Below, one piece after another: positions 1 to 12,433 of a DNA stretch of 64,000 nucleotides (positions are counted from its first letter, which is position 1; each line of letters starts with the position of its first letter). Source of the DNA: Perkinsus olseni (Eukaryota); the NCBI GenBank assembly GCA_013115125.1, contig JABANN010000029.1, positions 1-64,000 on the forward strand, written 5' to 3'. Under the pieces are notes generated by a model. That model saw nothing but the letters and a program-made list of their open reading frames with translations. It did not search any database and had not been told where the DNA came from. A program made the position numbers and the translations under genes.

Positions 1-258
1 CAGCGTTCCTTAGCTCTCTCATAAGCATCTTCCAACCTCTCGAGGGTTGTTGCGTTCTGGCAATCAACTGGTGAGTGGTATGCCACCAGCACGCGCATGT
101 CTAGCGCACGCCATAGCTCTTAGCGCACGTCCGAGATTGTCTACAACAGGTGACGTGACGCCGGTGGTGACACCCTGCACCCGTCTCGCCAGCGTTCCTT
201 AGCTCTCTCATAAGCATCTTCCAACCTCTCGAGGGTTGTTGCGTTCTGGCAATCAACT
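1..258. repeat. Direct repeat with 189-bp spacing: identical 69-bp copies at 1-69 and 190-258; may continue left of the window
   Basis: cagcgttccttagctctctcataagc...ctggcaatcaact occurs identically at 1-69 and 190-258. Confidence 0.9.
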
Positions 259-2066
259 TGCGGCCACCGTACAGAAGGGCCCACCTTGCTCCTTGACCAT
301 TTTATGGAAGTCGAAGTCTAGGATACTGAATACCCCATCATCTGCAAAGTGTGATTCTTCCATGATATCCTTCAGGGCATCAGTAAGTCTTTGCTCCTGC
401 CCTAACAACATAGTGCATGCTGTCTACCTGCAGCTGTCCCTTCCCCATCACCCTTCCCTGTAGCCAGTAGATTGACAAAGAGGCAGCCATGTGGGCCATA
501 TCGGTCCAATATGCCTTGGATATGCTTATCATATGCAGAAGCACTGAGCCTAGCGTTTCTAGTGATATCCAATTTCATAGTACCTATACGGGATCAGAAC
601 TACACCACTGCATCATCTTGATGAAGAATTACTCCCTTCTTGTTGCCAGAATGCAGGTATAGATCCCCTTATCTGGGTATGGGCCGCTACTATTTCTCGG
701 CCCTCCCGTAATACTAACATTTCTGTCTCGACATAGTTGGCAACATGGCCATCATCATCTATACCTCTATGATGATATCTGCTATCATCACTTGGAACTT
801 ACAGACGCCCTGACATCGTACTACCTAGTGCCAGCCCTAGCACAGCTCCTTCTCCCAATGAGCATGACTTGGTACCCTCTAGCCACCGTAGCAGGTCCAC
901 AGACAGATCCCTGCGGCCAGTACAGTCCGACAAAGGCCGCAAGAGATTGATCTCTCACCTGCATCAGCGGGGTGCACCACTGGTCCACGCCACCAAAAGG
1001 GTGGCTGGTTGTACCAAGCATGTTGATGGTCATGGCCCTATTCCAGCAGTAGAGCGGATCGGCCGTATCCCAGATACCTATGTATCACCCCACATCCCTC
1101 CTCTTCCTCCTCCTACTCCTAGCAGCATCACCCTACCCGGCTCATCGTGTTCGGCATGCCATTGTTGCCCGTGAGTTATATCATACGTACGACAATAATA
1201 AAAACCACCTCCAGAGATGAGTCTGACATTGGTCGGTGATAGATTGACCATTGGCCACCATTGCTACTACTACCGTTCAACACGTTTAGCAATCACATCT
1301 GGGAGGATGTTATCATCGGGTTGGGATACTCCCGGGGTAGCTTGTCCTACCGACGACGCCCCAGCAGATTGCCTTGTCGATTGATCGGTGGTCGTAGTGG
1401 CATACCTCCGGGCCTACTGAATGATCTTGCTACCGTTACATGTGAACTAGCATCCCTCCCTCACCCTATAGGGTATACATCTTGTATTCTGGACCTCCAT
1501 GATAACATGTCCCCCTGGTAGTCGGGCCACATGGGCAGCATCAGTACACAATACAAGATACGCGCCAGAGGCCGCCACACCTCTACCAGTACCCGCTGGG
1601 GACTCCGGACAGCTGCATACAACTGTACCTGGAACCTCGACCGAGTACCATTCACAAGGGTATGATAAAGTAGTACTACCCAGTACGGCTGTAGCCTGCA
1701 CCTCATCCAGGACCATATCTTTATGTTGGCCAGCCTCTACAACGTGTGCTGATCCAACCTTACGGTTATCCAGCACCAAGGTCTCCTTCGGCGAGTCCAC
1801 GTGCCGTATTATCTACAACCCATCAGCATGCCCGCTACCATCGTAATAACCAGCCCAATGCTACTATGCTCCTTTCGCAAATAGCAATACTATATCCAAG
1901 GGATGTATTCCCAGTCCCAGGGGCGGTACTGCCCTCTGTGATGGAAGGCCACCTGAAGATATCATCCTGCATCACCAGGAACCTTCTTCTCCCATCAGCC
2001 CTACTCTCCTTCGGTATTCTGACTAGCCACACCTTGGGAAGGCCAGTTAACAGGAGTCCAATCCAT
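259..2066 (-). CDS. SAC (SacI homology) domain phosphoinositide phosphatase, multi-exon; 3' part not resolved in the window
   Basis: Minus-strand exons encode WCTPLMQ, LIGRRSCARAGTR, RGSIPAFWQQ, YGPHGCLFVNLL and ILDFDFHK, which are the SAC-domain motifs in the expected order. The start at 2066 (MDWTPV) is tentative. Confidence 0.8.
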
Positions 2067-2237
2067 CACACACTACTTTCGGTTAAAAAAGTGATTGTAG
2101 TAATGATGATCCGCTAAAAGCGCTCGCCCAGTCAATAATACAATACCGTTTTTGTTGAACACATGCTCATAGACGAGGCAATAGCAACTCAGCATTGTCG
2201 ACATGAGGATACCGATAGCCTCTAAAGGAGTATAAAA

Positions 2238-3577
2238 ATGCCCTCCAGGGCCCTGGCCGGCGCCTACCTACTTTTTGCCTCGACTTCTGGTGTCGAAAAC
2301 AGTAGTGCAGTGTCCTCAAGCTACAGCCTACTACATGCTGGCCTTGAACCATTACTATCTCCAAAGGAGGTGATGTACTACTACCAGGGAGAGGTCATCA
2401 TGCCCATCATCAGTTAGGCTACTGCTTACGAGACTGTAGAGGATGTATTCGAGAAGTAGTACACTGATAGTGGGTATGGCGGATATGGACAGCAGCAGAT
2501 TCCAAATATATTGCCATGGCCGTTGGCTTGGTGTACAAGTATTACAGAGCCCTAACGATCTACTGTACATACAGAATGCCCTCACTGAGGTCAGGCCTGA
2601 TGTCGTTATAGAGACCGGCACTTACAAGGTGACTGCTACCTCGGATGTAGGCAATACCATACTTTGCGTGATGTTAGGGTGGGCTTACGGTGTACATAGC
2701 ATCAGTGTTAGAGGCCTTGAAGGGTCTAGAGAGTGAAGACTGGGACCCGATGGTTATTACGATAGATCGTAATGACCCTAGCCAGGTAATGGAGGTACGT
2801 AGGCTAAATGGTTCTACTACCTGTAGTAGGTGTTTGATAGGGAATGGTTCTGTCCCGTGTGCCAAGAGTGCACCAAAGCATGGCAGACACCCTTATGGCA
2901 GAGGTGAAGCGTAGAACTGTAGTATTACTCGTTACTGCGTAGTACTACATGTTAGGCGAGTACATTTTATACAAGGATACAGTGACCAAGTTGATGTGTT
3001 GATGGAGGTAGAAGACATGATCAGGTCTAAACAGGGCACGGTCCAGAGTAGTGGCGGGAACATAACGGTACTGCCATGTAGAGTCATGGTGCCAGAGAGG
3101 ATGGTAGGTCCTCATAACACTGGATGCATCTCATGAAGCTGAAGGGGTATTAACCGAGCTGCTCATGTATTCACCACTAGTGTCGACAGACAGCTACATC
3201 ATAGTACAGGTGATAGGAAGATGAGGGTGTCGTCGAAGCATGAGGGGATCCTCGTCAGGATGCTAGACTAGATCGGTTATGGAAGAAGCCTGCAGTGTTC
3301 GCCGCTACTGCAGCATTCCTACAGTTCACCCCTGACTTTCACTGGGATAGGACAGTAGGTTATGGTCTCCCCCTAGTTAGAGTCAGAGTGGCAACCTTCC
3401 TACAAGGTCCCTATATACGGCTCAACACAGCACATGTATCTGAGGAGAGTGTCTTCGTCTCATTTGGGGCCCCTCCCGTCCAGTTGTATCTCGGCTAGCG
3501 ATGATGGTAGGATGAAGAGGTTCCAGAGGCTGTTGGAGGTCAGGGATGCATTCATGAGAAGTCTTCCATGGGCATGA
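2238..3577 (+). CDS. CmcI / cephalosporin hydroxylase family (rhamnosyl O-methyltransferase-like) protein, multi-exon
   Basis: Exons encode WLGVQVLQSPNDLLYIQNALTEVRPDVVIETGTYKGG, VITID and DASHEAEGVLTELLMYSPLVSTDSYIIVQD; hydrophobic N-terminus MPSRALAGAYLLFAS. Confidence 0.8.
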
Positions 3578-3644
3578 ACTGTGGCGTTGGGAGGATTCAT
3601 TGTATTGATAATCTTCGCCGCCACACTAGTGATTTCCGGTTCCT

Positions 3645-4075
3645 ATGGCCCCTCACCGATCGACGGGTACCTTCCTATGCTGCCTGTGCGGCTTCACGTG
3701 TCGTTACGATTATGTTGGCCAGTCACCACCATACGTTGACTCAAGTGATATGGTATTCCTAGAGGAGGTATACTCCTTGCAGTCCCCTTTCAGTGGAAGT
3801 AAGTTGTTCAGCCATGTCGAAGTCCCTTTACTAACTGGTCTCTCAGCCACGGACTCCCCAGTAATAGTGCTCGGTGGTGAGTGCTCCTGTTGTGGTAGGA
3901 AGGTGTGTACTGATGCAGCTTGCAGTGTATTCTACAAGAAGAGGTAGTCCCCACCACCCTTGGAGCAGTACTAGTATGTAACATGACTATGATCAGGTAC
4001 TGTCGAGAGTGTGTAATGAAAGACCGTCATAATCTAGACCTGCCCTCTGTGCTGCTGAAGGCCATGAAGGGATGA
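3645..4075 (+). CDS. CDPF1: Cysteine-rich DPF motif (C6_DPF) protein
   Basis: FLCCLCGFTCRYDYVGQSPP...FLEEVYSLQSPF...VLGGECSCCGRKVCTDAACSVFYKKR|YCRECV matches the CDPF1 cysteine pattern. Confidence 0.8.
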
Positions 4076-4317
4076 CACCATAGCAACTGCCAACTAGGAG
4101 CAGAACTTGAGAGTCCTACGGAGATAAATGTGTGCTAGGGTGATCGGCAAGAGCAATCGACCAGCTGTGGTAGTGTCCAATCTAGTGATGATCAGCGGCT
4201 TCCCTACGCTTGGCGACTTGTGTTGATTGAGTCTCCAAGATGAGGTATGATGATACTCATTATTGTAGTAGTTTGCTTTATTATAGCCCTAAACAAGTGT
4301 GCGCACTGCTGCCCAGC

Positions 4318-7300
4318 ATGTATTCTACCAATTCCAGTACCAGAGTCAGGGCATACCATGGTAAAGGCAAGGGCCATGGCAAAGGTCGTGCCCGCCATAC
4401 TGGCGATACTCATGATGATGATCCTGCTCATCATCATGATGATGACCGAAGCAGAGAGGATCAGCCTCACTCGTCGCCAGTAGATCGTGACGATGAGGTA
4501 GCCGAGGCCCCGAGGAGAAGGGCATATCACGGCAAAGGAGAGTCCCGTAGGGCTGGAGGGCATCAGCGGGAGGAACACCAACAAGGTGGTCATCGAGCGT
4601 ATTATGGCAAGGGTCGGCATGGTGGCAAGGGTAAGGGTAAGGGCCGAGATGAGAGGGACCAGTACGATCCAGACTATGATAGAGGGGAGCTGTCTAGGAA
4701 GAAGGGTGGTGGAACACAGAAGGTAGGGTAGCTAATGGTAGGGGCCCATGGACACAGGCAGTCGATGGTCAGATCGATATACCACCTCCACTATCCTTCG
4801 CCAGTAGTCTAGTCCTCACCGACCCCATCAAGCCCAATACCATTGATAAGATCGATGAGGAATGCTCATTGTGTATGGAGAAGTTGGTAATACGTCGCTA
4901 CCGAGTATCAGGCTATAAGCCCTCATGATGATTCTCAGATTTATGTAGCAGTAGGACACTGTGGTCATCACAATGTATGTTGGTTATGTGCCCTACGTCT
5001 CCGATGGTTGCTCAATGATCGTGCTTGCCCCATGTGCAAGGAAGAGCTCAATGCCCTAGTATTGGTGCACCGTGATCAGTACGATCCTGCACTCTCCTTG
5101 GATGACCTGATAGCCTCTAAGAAGAGGCCAGTTATTAAGGATAAGGAGCAAACTGATATTTATTATGCTGATAAGAGGATCCAAAAGATATGCCTTACCA
5201 TCAGACAGTGAGTACATCCTCTGAGGATGATCTCTTCGCATTAGTGGAAACGCCAACTTAGGTATCGTTGTGGCTTCTGCACCAATTGGGATGGTGATGG
5301 CTCAACGGAAGCGGAACGTGAGGATAAATGGGTAGTCGGGCTAGTGGGTGGTGGAGGCATAGATAGATCGACATTTGGTATCAGGCATTCCGTACCCTAG
5401 GAGACCTCCGTACACACCTTCGGAAGCAACATTCCCGAGATTTCTGTACGATATGCCTCAATGAGAGGGAGGTCTTCATACTCGAACAGTATCTATACAG
5501 CACGTAGGCATCATCGCTGATGGTCGTAGGTGATGGGATAGCTGATGATGATAGGTACAGTCACGGTGCTGATATTGACCGCCACTGTCGTCATGGAGAC
5601 CCGGATTTGAGGCCACCTGTGGATGATCATCCTTCCTGTGATTTCTGCAACCCTTCGAGGAGGAATGACCACCGATTTTACTCGGCTGATCAGCTTAAGA
5701 CTCATATGAGGAAGAACCATTTCACCTGCCATCTCTGCGAGAGCATGGGATGGCGTAATGAGTATTATAAGGACTACTTCGCATTGTAATAATAACAACA
5801 CATCTACTGTTGCTATGCTAGAGCCAACGTATTTAGGTACGCCCATTTCTCCGCTGCCCATTACCCCTGCGAACATAACGAGTGCTTAGCCAAGAGGTTC
5901 GTAGTGTTCAAGACTGATGACGACCTCAAGATACATGAGATGACTGAGCATACCAACTTTGGAGGTACTCTCACTACTACCGCTGTAACCGGACTCCCAC
6001 TGTATGCTTGATTCAGTGATGTCCCGCGCCGAGAAGAGAGCAAATCTACGGCTAGACTTCGGTACTAGTGGCGGGAGGTCCCGCAAGCCTGGGCAACGAG
6101 ATGATAACCCGAACCCGGATACTACTGAGAACTACAAGGTACTACTACCACCTGGCTAGTCAGCATGCTCCTTTTCCTCGAACCCAACCTGCCGCGTTCA
6201 GGTGAAATTCTGTAAACCTCCAAGACAGTTCTATAATGGTCCTGATGAGAGTACCGCCTTGGGACAGGAGTATGCTGCACTTAATGCTGTTACTTCTGAT
6301 GAAGAGGATGACCAGAATGAGGCATCCGATCCTAAAAGGATCAAGGCACGCTACCCATCACGTAGGGACGGCCATAGGTAGTAGACGTTCCTATCGGGGG
6401 AGGTATCATACTCCTGCCGGTGGGGTTGTCAGGTATGATCCCAGATGGCATGGTGACATACCCGAGCCTTATCTGCCCAAGCCTCGTACATCCTCTGTTA
6501 TTATTAATGATGTTGATGCTGATAACAGTGCAGGCATCGCCACCAATGTAGTGGGAGAATCAGTTGATAGGAAACGCGCGGTGCACATTAATACCCGTTA
6601 GGACGAAGAACCGGAAGTACCGAAGGCTGATGATGATGCAGGGGACCTGATGGAACGAGGAAGGAGAGTCCTCACCCACGAGGTAGTATGGGAATACACA
6701 GTCCTGCATTCACTGTGATGGCCTCGTTCAGGCAGTGAGGGTAGTTGAGGCTGACCCAGATGGTCTGGGTCGTGTCAATGGTGCTCTGTTTAAGAATAAG
6801 AATGCTGAGTTCATGAAGGCTTGCAGGAAGGCTCTTGGTAGAAGGCTCTTGTGGAATGTGTATATTGGCTTTACACTAACCGTGATGGTCAGGCGATGCC
6901 AACCTACGCGATCTTAAGGATGCGGCTATGGAGATGAGGACAGAACAGAGTGATGAGGCTCTAGACTACTTCGTAGAGACGGCGGCTGAGGTAAGTATCT
7001 TGCTTAATAGATAGTGATGCTCGATGGTGACAGCACGTTTGCTGTTCCAGGTGTTCAGTCTTGCGGAGGGTGGTATGCAGGAGGGCGCTAAGCTATTTGC
7101 CGCAATGGTACTCTTATTACCACTCAAGGGTCTTAGAGATAAACTTGTAGGATCACAATGGTAGCTGGTATCACGTCATTCTTCCTCTTTCTCTTGTTCT
7201 CAGGTGGACCATATGCAAGAGTATGCTGGTGACGCTGTACTACAGTCCACGGTGATGGAGGAGAGGAGGCAGGCTAGGAGTGTATCCCCTGAGCCTCGGA

Positions 7301-8888
7301 GTGCAGGTAGCGTCAGTAGTCGAGAGTCATCCCAGGCTCCTAAGGTCCAGGTAAGGACTAGTGTCGGTCACAGTTAACGTCCCAAATCTTCCCATACCTA
7401 TACTTCAACAACATCGGTGGCTATTTCGATCAGTTACCGAGCACTCCAGTACCCATACCCGACGGCTTGTTAGCGGGGCCTCATAAACGTCCAAGCTTCA
7501 TCAAGGCATTGATGGCCGTGTTGGATGCTGACCTCGGTGATGTTGATGCAGCTATCCCGCCCAAGCAATACACGTATGATGATCATACATCTTGCGTCTC
7601 TCATTCTTATCATCTTCGCTTTTCTTCAGTAAAATGGTACAGAGTGTGCAGCTGATCGATGGCATCCAGACCGATACACTAGCTGAGATGAGGAATCAGT
7701 TGCTAGCAGTTGTGGGGTCTAGGAAGGACCTATCCTGGGCCAATGCTGATATGGTAAGAGTTATACTCATGGCGATGGCAGGGTTGAGGTCCGTACGACA
7801 GGTCATTGCACTCCGTCCTCTAGCGTTCCGCCTGCTCACCCCAAGGCCTACAACGCAGGGAGATAGTAACGTAGACGATGATAGCATGGAGGAGGACTAT
7901 GAGTTCCGGGACCCTAGCCGTCAGAGGGAGGCAGAGGAGGCCGCTGCAGCATCGGCAGCTGACCTACAGAAGGGGTGGGATGAGTTTGTACAGAAAGCTC
8001 GACGAGTCCTTCATGAGCGCTTCAACATGCTGGAACTCTGCTACATGTCAACGTAATAAGCCTACTACGGGCTACCCTTATTCCTTAGTCCATAGTCATA
8101 TGCCTTTGATAGGTACATTCATTTGGCGGCGGGTAGACTACAGAGTAGAGGCATTGAAAGGGGGGTCGATGATCGGTACTCGTACCAGGAGTTCCCTCTA
8201 CTGCCCGGCACCAAGCCTGTAGTGAACAGTACCCACGCCCAGAAAGCTCAGCGGAAGGGAGCAGACTACCCAACATTGGTAGTGTTGCTACACCGGTCGT
8301 TGGCTAGTATCCACTCTCTATCTTTGTCAGTCCGGTGCTCACGCGCCGTCAAGTAGTAGTTCATCCTCTAACACTAGACAGCGTGGCCTCTGGGCTACAC
8401 GGAACCCTAATCGTCTTGCGGATCCTGACGCCTTCCCTGAGCTTCCGAAGATACAACCAAAGCCTAAGTAGCACCTCCTGTTGTTGTTGTTGGCGATTGG
8501 TATCTTTTCACGAGTAGGTCGTCACAATGGACGGCTGGTGGTAAGGCAAGGAAGGACATAGAAAGGATGAAGGGCTTGGAAAGGAGGTGAAGCCACTATC
8601 TGTACTCTAGCTTCTGTTCACTATGTTCTTAGGTACCCATTGCTGGTCCGACCTAATAAGAATGCACCAAAGAAGGCCCATGAGCCGGAGCTCCCGGGTT
8701 GGACATGCCCTCACTGTGAAGAGCATAACGAGCCTCAGGCTGACACTTGTAGCAAGTGTGGTCTGAAGATGCTGATGAAGAAGGGAGGACCACTCGGAGG
8801 TGGTGGAGGGAGCTCTGGTGGTGGAGGCAGCAAGGGCGGCAAGAGGAAGAAGGCTAGTGCCGCTGATAAGGCGATGGGCAGATTCTGA
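4318..8888 (+). CDS. ZNF598: ZNF598/Hel2-type RING E3 ubiquitin ligase (ribosome quality control) with C2H2 fingers and a C-terminal RanBP2-type Zn finger
   Basis: RING CSLCME..AVGHCGHHNVCWLCALRLRWLLNDRACPMCK; DHPSCDFC; HMRKNHFTCHLCE; FPxL motifs (EFPLL, DAFPEL); WTCPHCEEHNEPQADTCSKCG; stop at 8886-8888. Confidence 0.85.
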
Positions 8889-9340
8889 AAATAGCGTTCT
8901 TTCTGCGATTGACGGGGAGCCTTGGTTGCTGTTCTACGTTCGTGGAGCTCCTCGAAACGGCTACGTTGCTCACCAGTGCCTCTTCCCTTCCTTGTTATCG
9001 CTATCGTTACGGAACTGCCATCACTATTACTGTTGCTTATAATAATGTACTGTCACCGTTGGTGATGTGGCTAATATTACCTACCTGGTTTCCCACTAGA
9101 CAGCGATGCTTGGTGTTTAGTCATCCTTGGAGTGAAGGGGTCGCGGACGTTGCCTCCCGCGCTTGGGACACTGGAGTCTAGCGTCATCACACTGAACCAC
9201 TCACCGAAGTACGAAGTGAACTCGTGAGAGCAGATCAGCTTGGCGGTCATGAAGGTTGGGCCCAGCAGCTTGTTTGTTGTTGGTGTCTTGTCACCACCAT
9301 CGTCGTCACCGCCATTTCGTCTGCTAGCAATCCAGACGGC

Positions 9341-10625
9341 ATGAACGGCACTACTGTTGGGACCGCTGCTGCTGTTACCTCTGCAGCATCACACATTGGC
9401 GGGAGACTGTGCAAGATTGTCCTTACTGGTGGCCCTGGCGGTGGCAAGTCCACGGCCCTCACCAAGCTTAGGAACAGGCTCGTGCATCGAGGACTCCCGG
9501 TGAGTGCCTTGGTCCTCTACTGGTGATAAACTGCCTTGCCTGGATTGCAGGTAACTCTGATAGGGGAGAATGCCACACCACTAATCGAGAGGATGGGCGG
9601 GTATGAGCTGTCTTGGAGGCATACTTGGAAGCATGTCGAGTTCCAAAGGGTCATGCTCAAGTAGGGAGGTGGGCATCATAGGCACTCCGAGTAGCAGCTG
9701 ATGATATCAGGGCCCAGTTGGAGCAAGAGGATAACATAATGTCGTTATGTCGTCTACGTGAAGATGATAGAGTTATTATACTGGATCGAGGTAGTAGTAG
9801 TAGCGCAGCGGCTGCGCCTCATTCTACTCGAGTGTGTACCTCCTCTCTTAGGTGCGTTCGATGGTAGGACATTTTGTACAGCTGACGAGTGGGAGCAAGT
9901 GAGGAACTCCAATCACATCTACACTGACCAGGAGCTCTTCGATAGGTAGTCTTAGATCTTCCCAAGCACTCTCCATCATGATCATGATAGTATCTGCCGC
10001 CGCTTCCTTCAGATACGACGTTATCATACATATGACATCGGCTGCAGTTGATCGTCCTCAGTTGTACAGCCGTCTTTGTTACAACTTTAGCGCTGAGCTA
10101 CCTTCTCTTCAGTTACTCCTATGGTGTTGGTAGCACGAATGAATCACGCTTCCACACTCCCTCTATGGTAAGTACGGCTTCCGCCATTGTGAATGTCCGT
10201 CCGATGAACAGTATTCTCCTTTACAGGCGGCAGAGGCCGATAAACTAGGCCGGGAGTTCGTCACCCATACGGGTAAGAATGTCTATGTTGTGGAGACTAA
10301 GGAGGACTTCGACGACAAGGTTGAGGAGGTGAGTGTCGGAGCCATGCATGGTGTTCGGTGCACAACTCTGTAAGTAGGTCTTCCGCTGTGTGCAGCAGGC
10401 TATCTCAAGGCTGTGGGGCCCGGCAGTTGTAGAGGGGCTCAGTACTAAGAGAGTTCAGTAAGTGTCTGGTGCTACTATGTAGGATAGGTTGGCTATTGGA
10501 GTGTGTCAGGCACAAGGTTCGAGTATTGCGGTCATGGGAAGAGATATGCCAGCTGCCCGAGGTCTCCTGTGGATCGAAGGAGGCAGCTAAGGTAGGACTC
10601 CTCCAACCGAGTGTAGCTCACTCTC

Positions 10626-10683
<58 letters not shown>

Positions 10684-12085
10684 GGCAGCTTACATAAGTG
10701 AAATCACATACCTCAGCAGAGATCAGACACGGTGGGTTAGGAGGTGGCGTAAGGTAGGTGATATAACTGAGCTGGATAGGAAGTCTCCGGAGGAGCTCAT
10801 GATGTAGGCCGCGGTCGCCGCTCTGTTTGGTAGCTCTCACTTTGGCTCTTGATCAGGGAGTTTCCTTCCTTGGACGAGGAACGACTGCTACCCCAAGGGG
10901 ACTCCCCTGACGACAGGAGCAAGATGGAGTCCTCTGAGGAGACAGTAGGTTGCAGGTTGTTACTACTCGTGGACATGGTTATACCGCAGGTTATGACGGA
11001 CAGTGGCGAGAAAGGGCCCAAGCGGATGGCCAATCTCAGCGTTGATGCGTAGTGACACGCCGCTTCGACCGAACTACACACAGGATGACGGCGTCCAGGT
11101 ATGAGCGAGCCATCAGGGAGTACGAGATGGAGAAGGCTCTTCATGGAGAAGATGAGTTCCCCAAGCAAATACTTAAGAGGCAGTTCTCCTATGAGACTAA
11201 GTACAAGGATGGCAAGGTTGGGTAGGAGTCTGGGCACATAGGGGCAGCAGGACCTATCATCCACCACTCTATCAGGTATATAACTCTGAAGGCGTATTCA
11301 GGACTAGACGGTACTCCCTGTCCAGGATACGAGAGTACTGCCATGATGACGACGACGACGACGACGACGACCAACATGATCGACATCTTCTTTTGTTGTT
11401 AGATATCTGGGTATTGGACATGGAGGATCCTGCTGGCCATGCTGCCTCCTATGATGATGTGTTATCAATGATGCCTAGTTTCGTGGAGCCTGTACCCGAG
11501 GCTGCTGCTGTTGTGAACAGTCCATCGCCGTCTCAACGTACCTCCTCCACACCACCGACAGTTGGCCACCACCCAGTAAGCTTTCTGGAATGATGATCTA
11601 TTCTCGTTTGCTACATGATCAACCTCAGGATTCATCCTACATCCGCTTCCGAAAGGACAGTCAGAGAGTAGACGGGAGTCCAGTAGGGTCACTGGCCCTC
11701 CAGAGAGCGGGGATCAGTACAGCAGCGGGGACCCCGGATAATGTCGGCAGCAGCAGCAGCAGCAGCAAGCGGACATCTGTGACACGGAAGAGTGAGCAGC
11801 AGGTGTTTGGATTGCTCCTAAAGTGTAATATTCTCAGGCCGTCTGCCCAAGTCTAGATTAGTCCTGTGTCACCACCCCACGGCTGATGCAGCAGCAGCAG
11901 CAGCTGCGGCAGTCCCCCAGGCCCCAGGACCTCGCCCTGTTGCATACCCCTCTAAACGTAGCCGTGACCAGACCGGTGAGGCCGCGGCAGAGGAGGGGCC
12001 GCTGAAGCTGACTAAACCCTCCGCTACTGAGGAGGGAAAGGAGAACTCTTCCTCCAGCAACACGAGCATGCTGCTCGAGGGATGA
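9341..12085 (+). CDS. P-loop AAA_28 (Ttd14/NadR-like) protein with a probable CYTH-like C-terminal region
   Basis: KIVLTGGPGGGKSTAL, VEFQRVML, RYDVIIHMTSAA and NESRFHT are typical of Ttd14-like proteins; ILKRQFSYE occurs later; about 15 short introns. Confidence 0.75.
10634..10681. repeat. (CAT)16 microsatellite in an intron, ending directly at the CAG acceptor
   Basis: Perfect CAT run followed by cag|gcagct. Confidence 0.9.
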
Positions 12086-12433
12086 TTTACATTACAGTAA
12101 TTAAACAAGAGGCGTCGGCGGCGATGTTGGTGGTCACTATTGCTCAATACGCCCGACCACAGTCGCTGCCGTCGTTATACTTTGTCTCCTGCACGATAGC
12201 AATGCCGAAGTAGTATTATCATTAGTATGTTATCATAAATGCTCCCCATTCTCATCAACCTTTTCTCACCACCAACGTACAGTGCCTCCTCCCCCTCCTC
12301 TATATGCCACATCATTACTACTGTCTGTGTGTGCTCTTCCATCCATTCATCCCAGCTCTTGTGTTCGTCGTATGGGGAGGCATCGCTGTATCGTCATCAT
12401 ACATGCTATCTGTGTGGGTTAGTACCTGTGCCT

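Noticed and set aside
4204-4620. Hydrophobic antisense ORFs (also 10532-10840, 13107-13628, 52783-53373)
   Set aside because: Shadows of low-complexity coding or microsatellite sequence on the other strand
9060-9200. Possible C/D-box snoRNA (gtgatgt...ctga), with a similar case near 19544-19600
   Set aside because: Imperfect C boxes, weak terminal stems and no recognisable guide; consistent with chance
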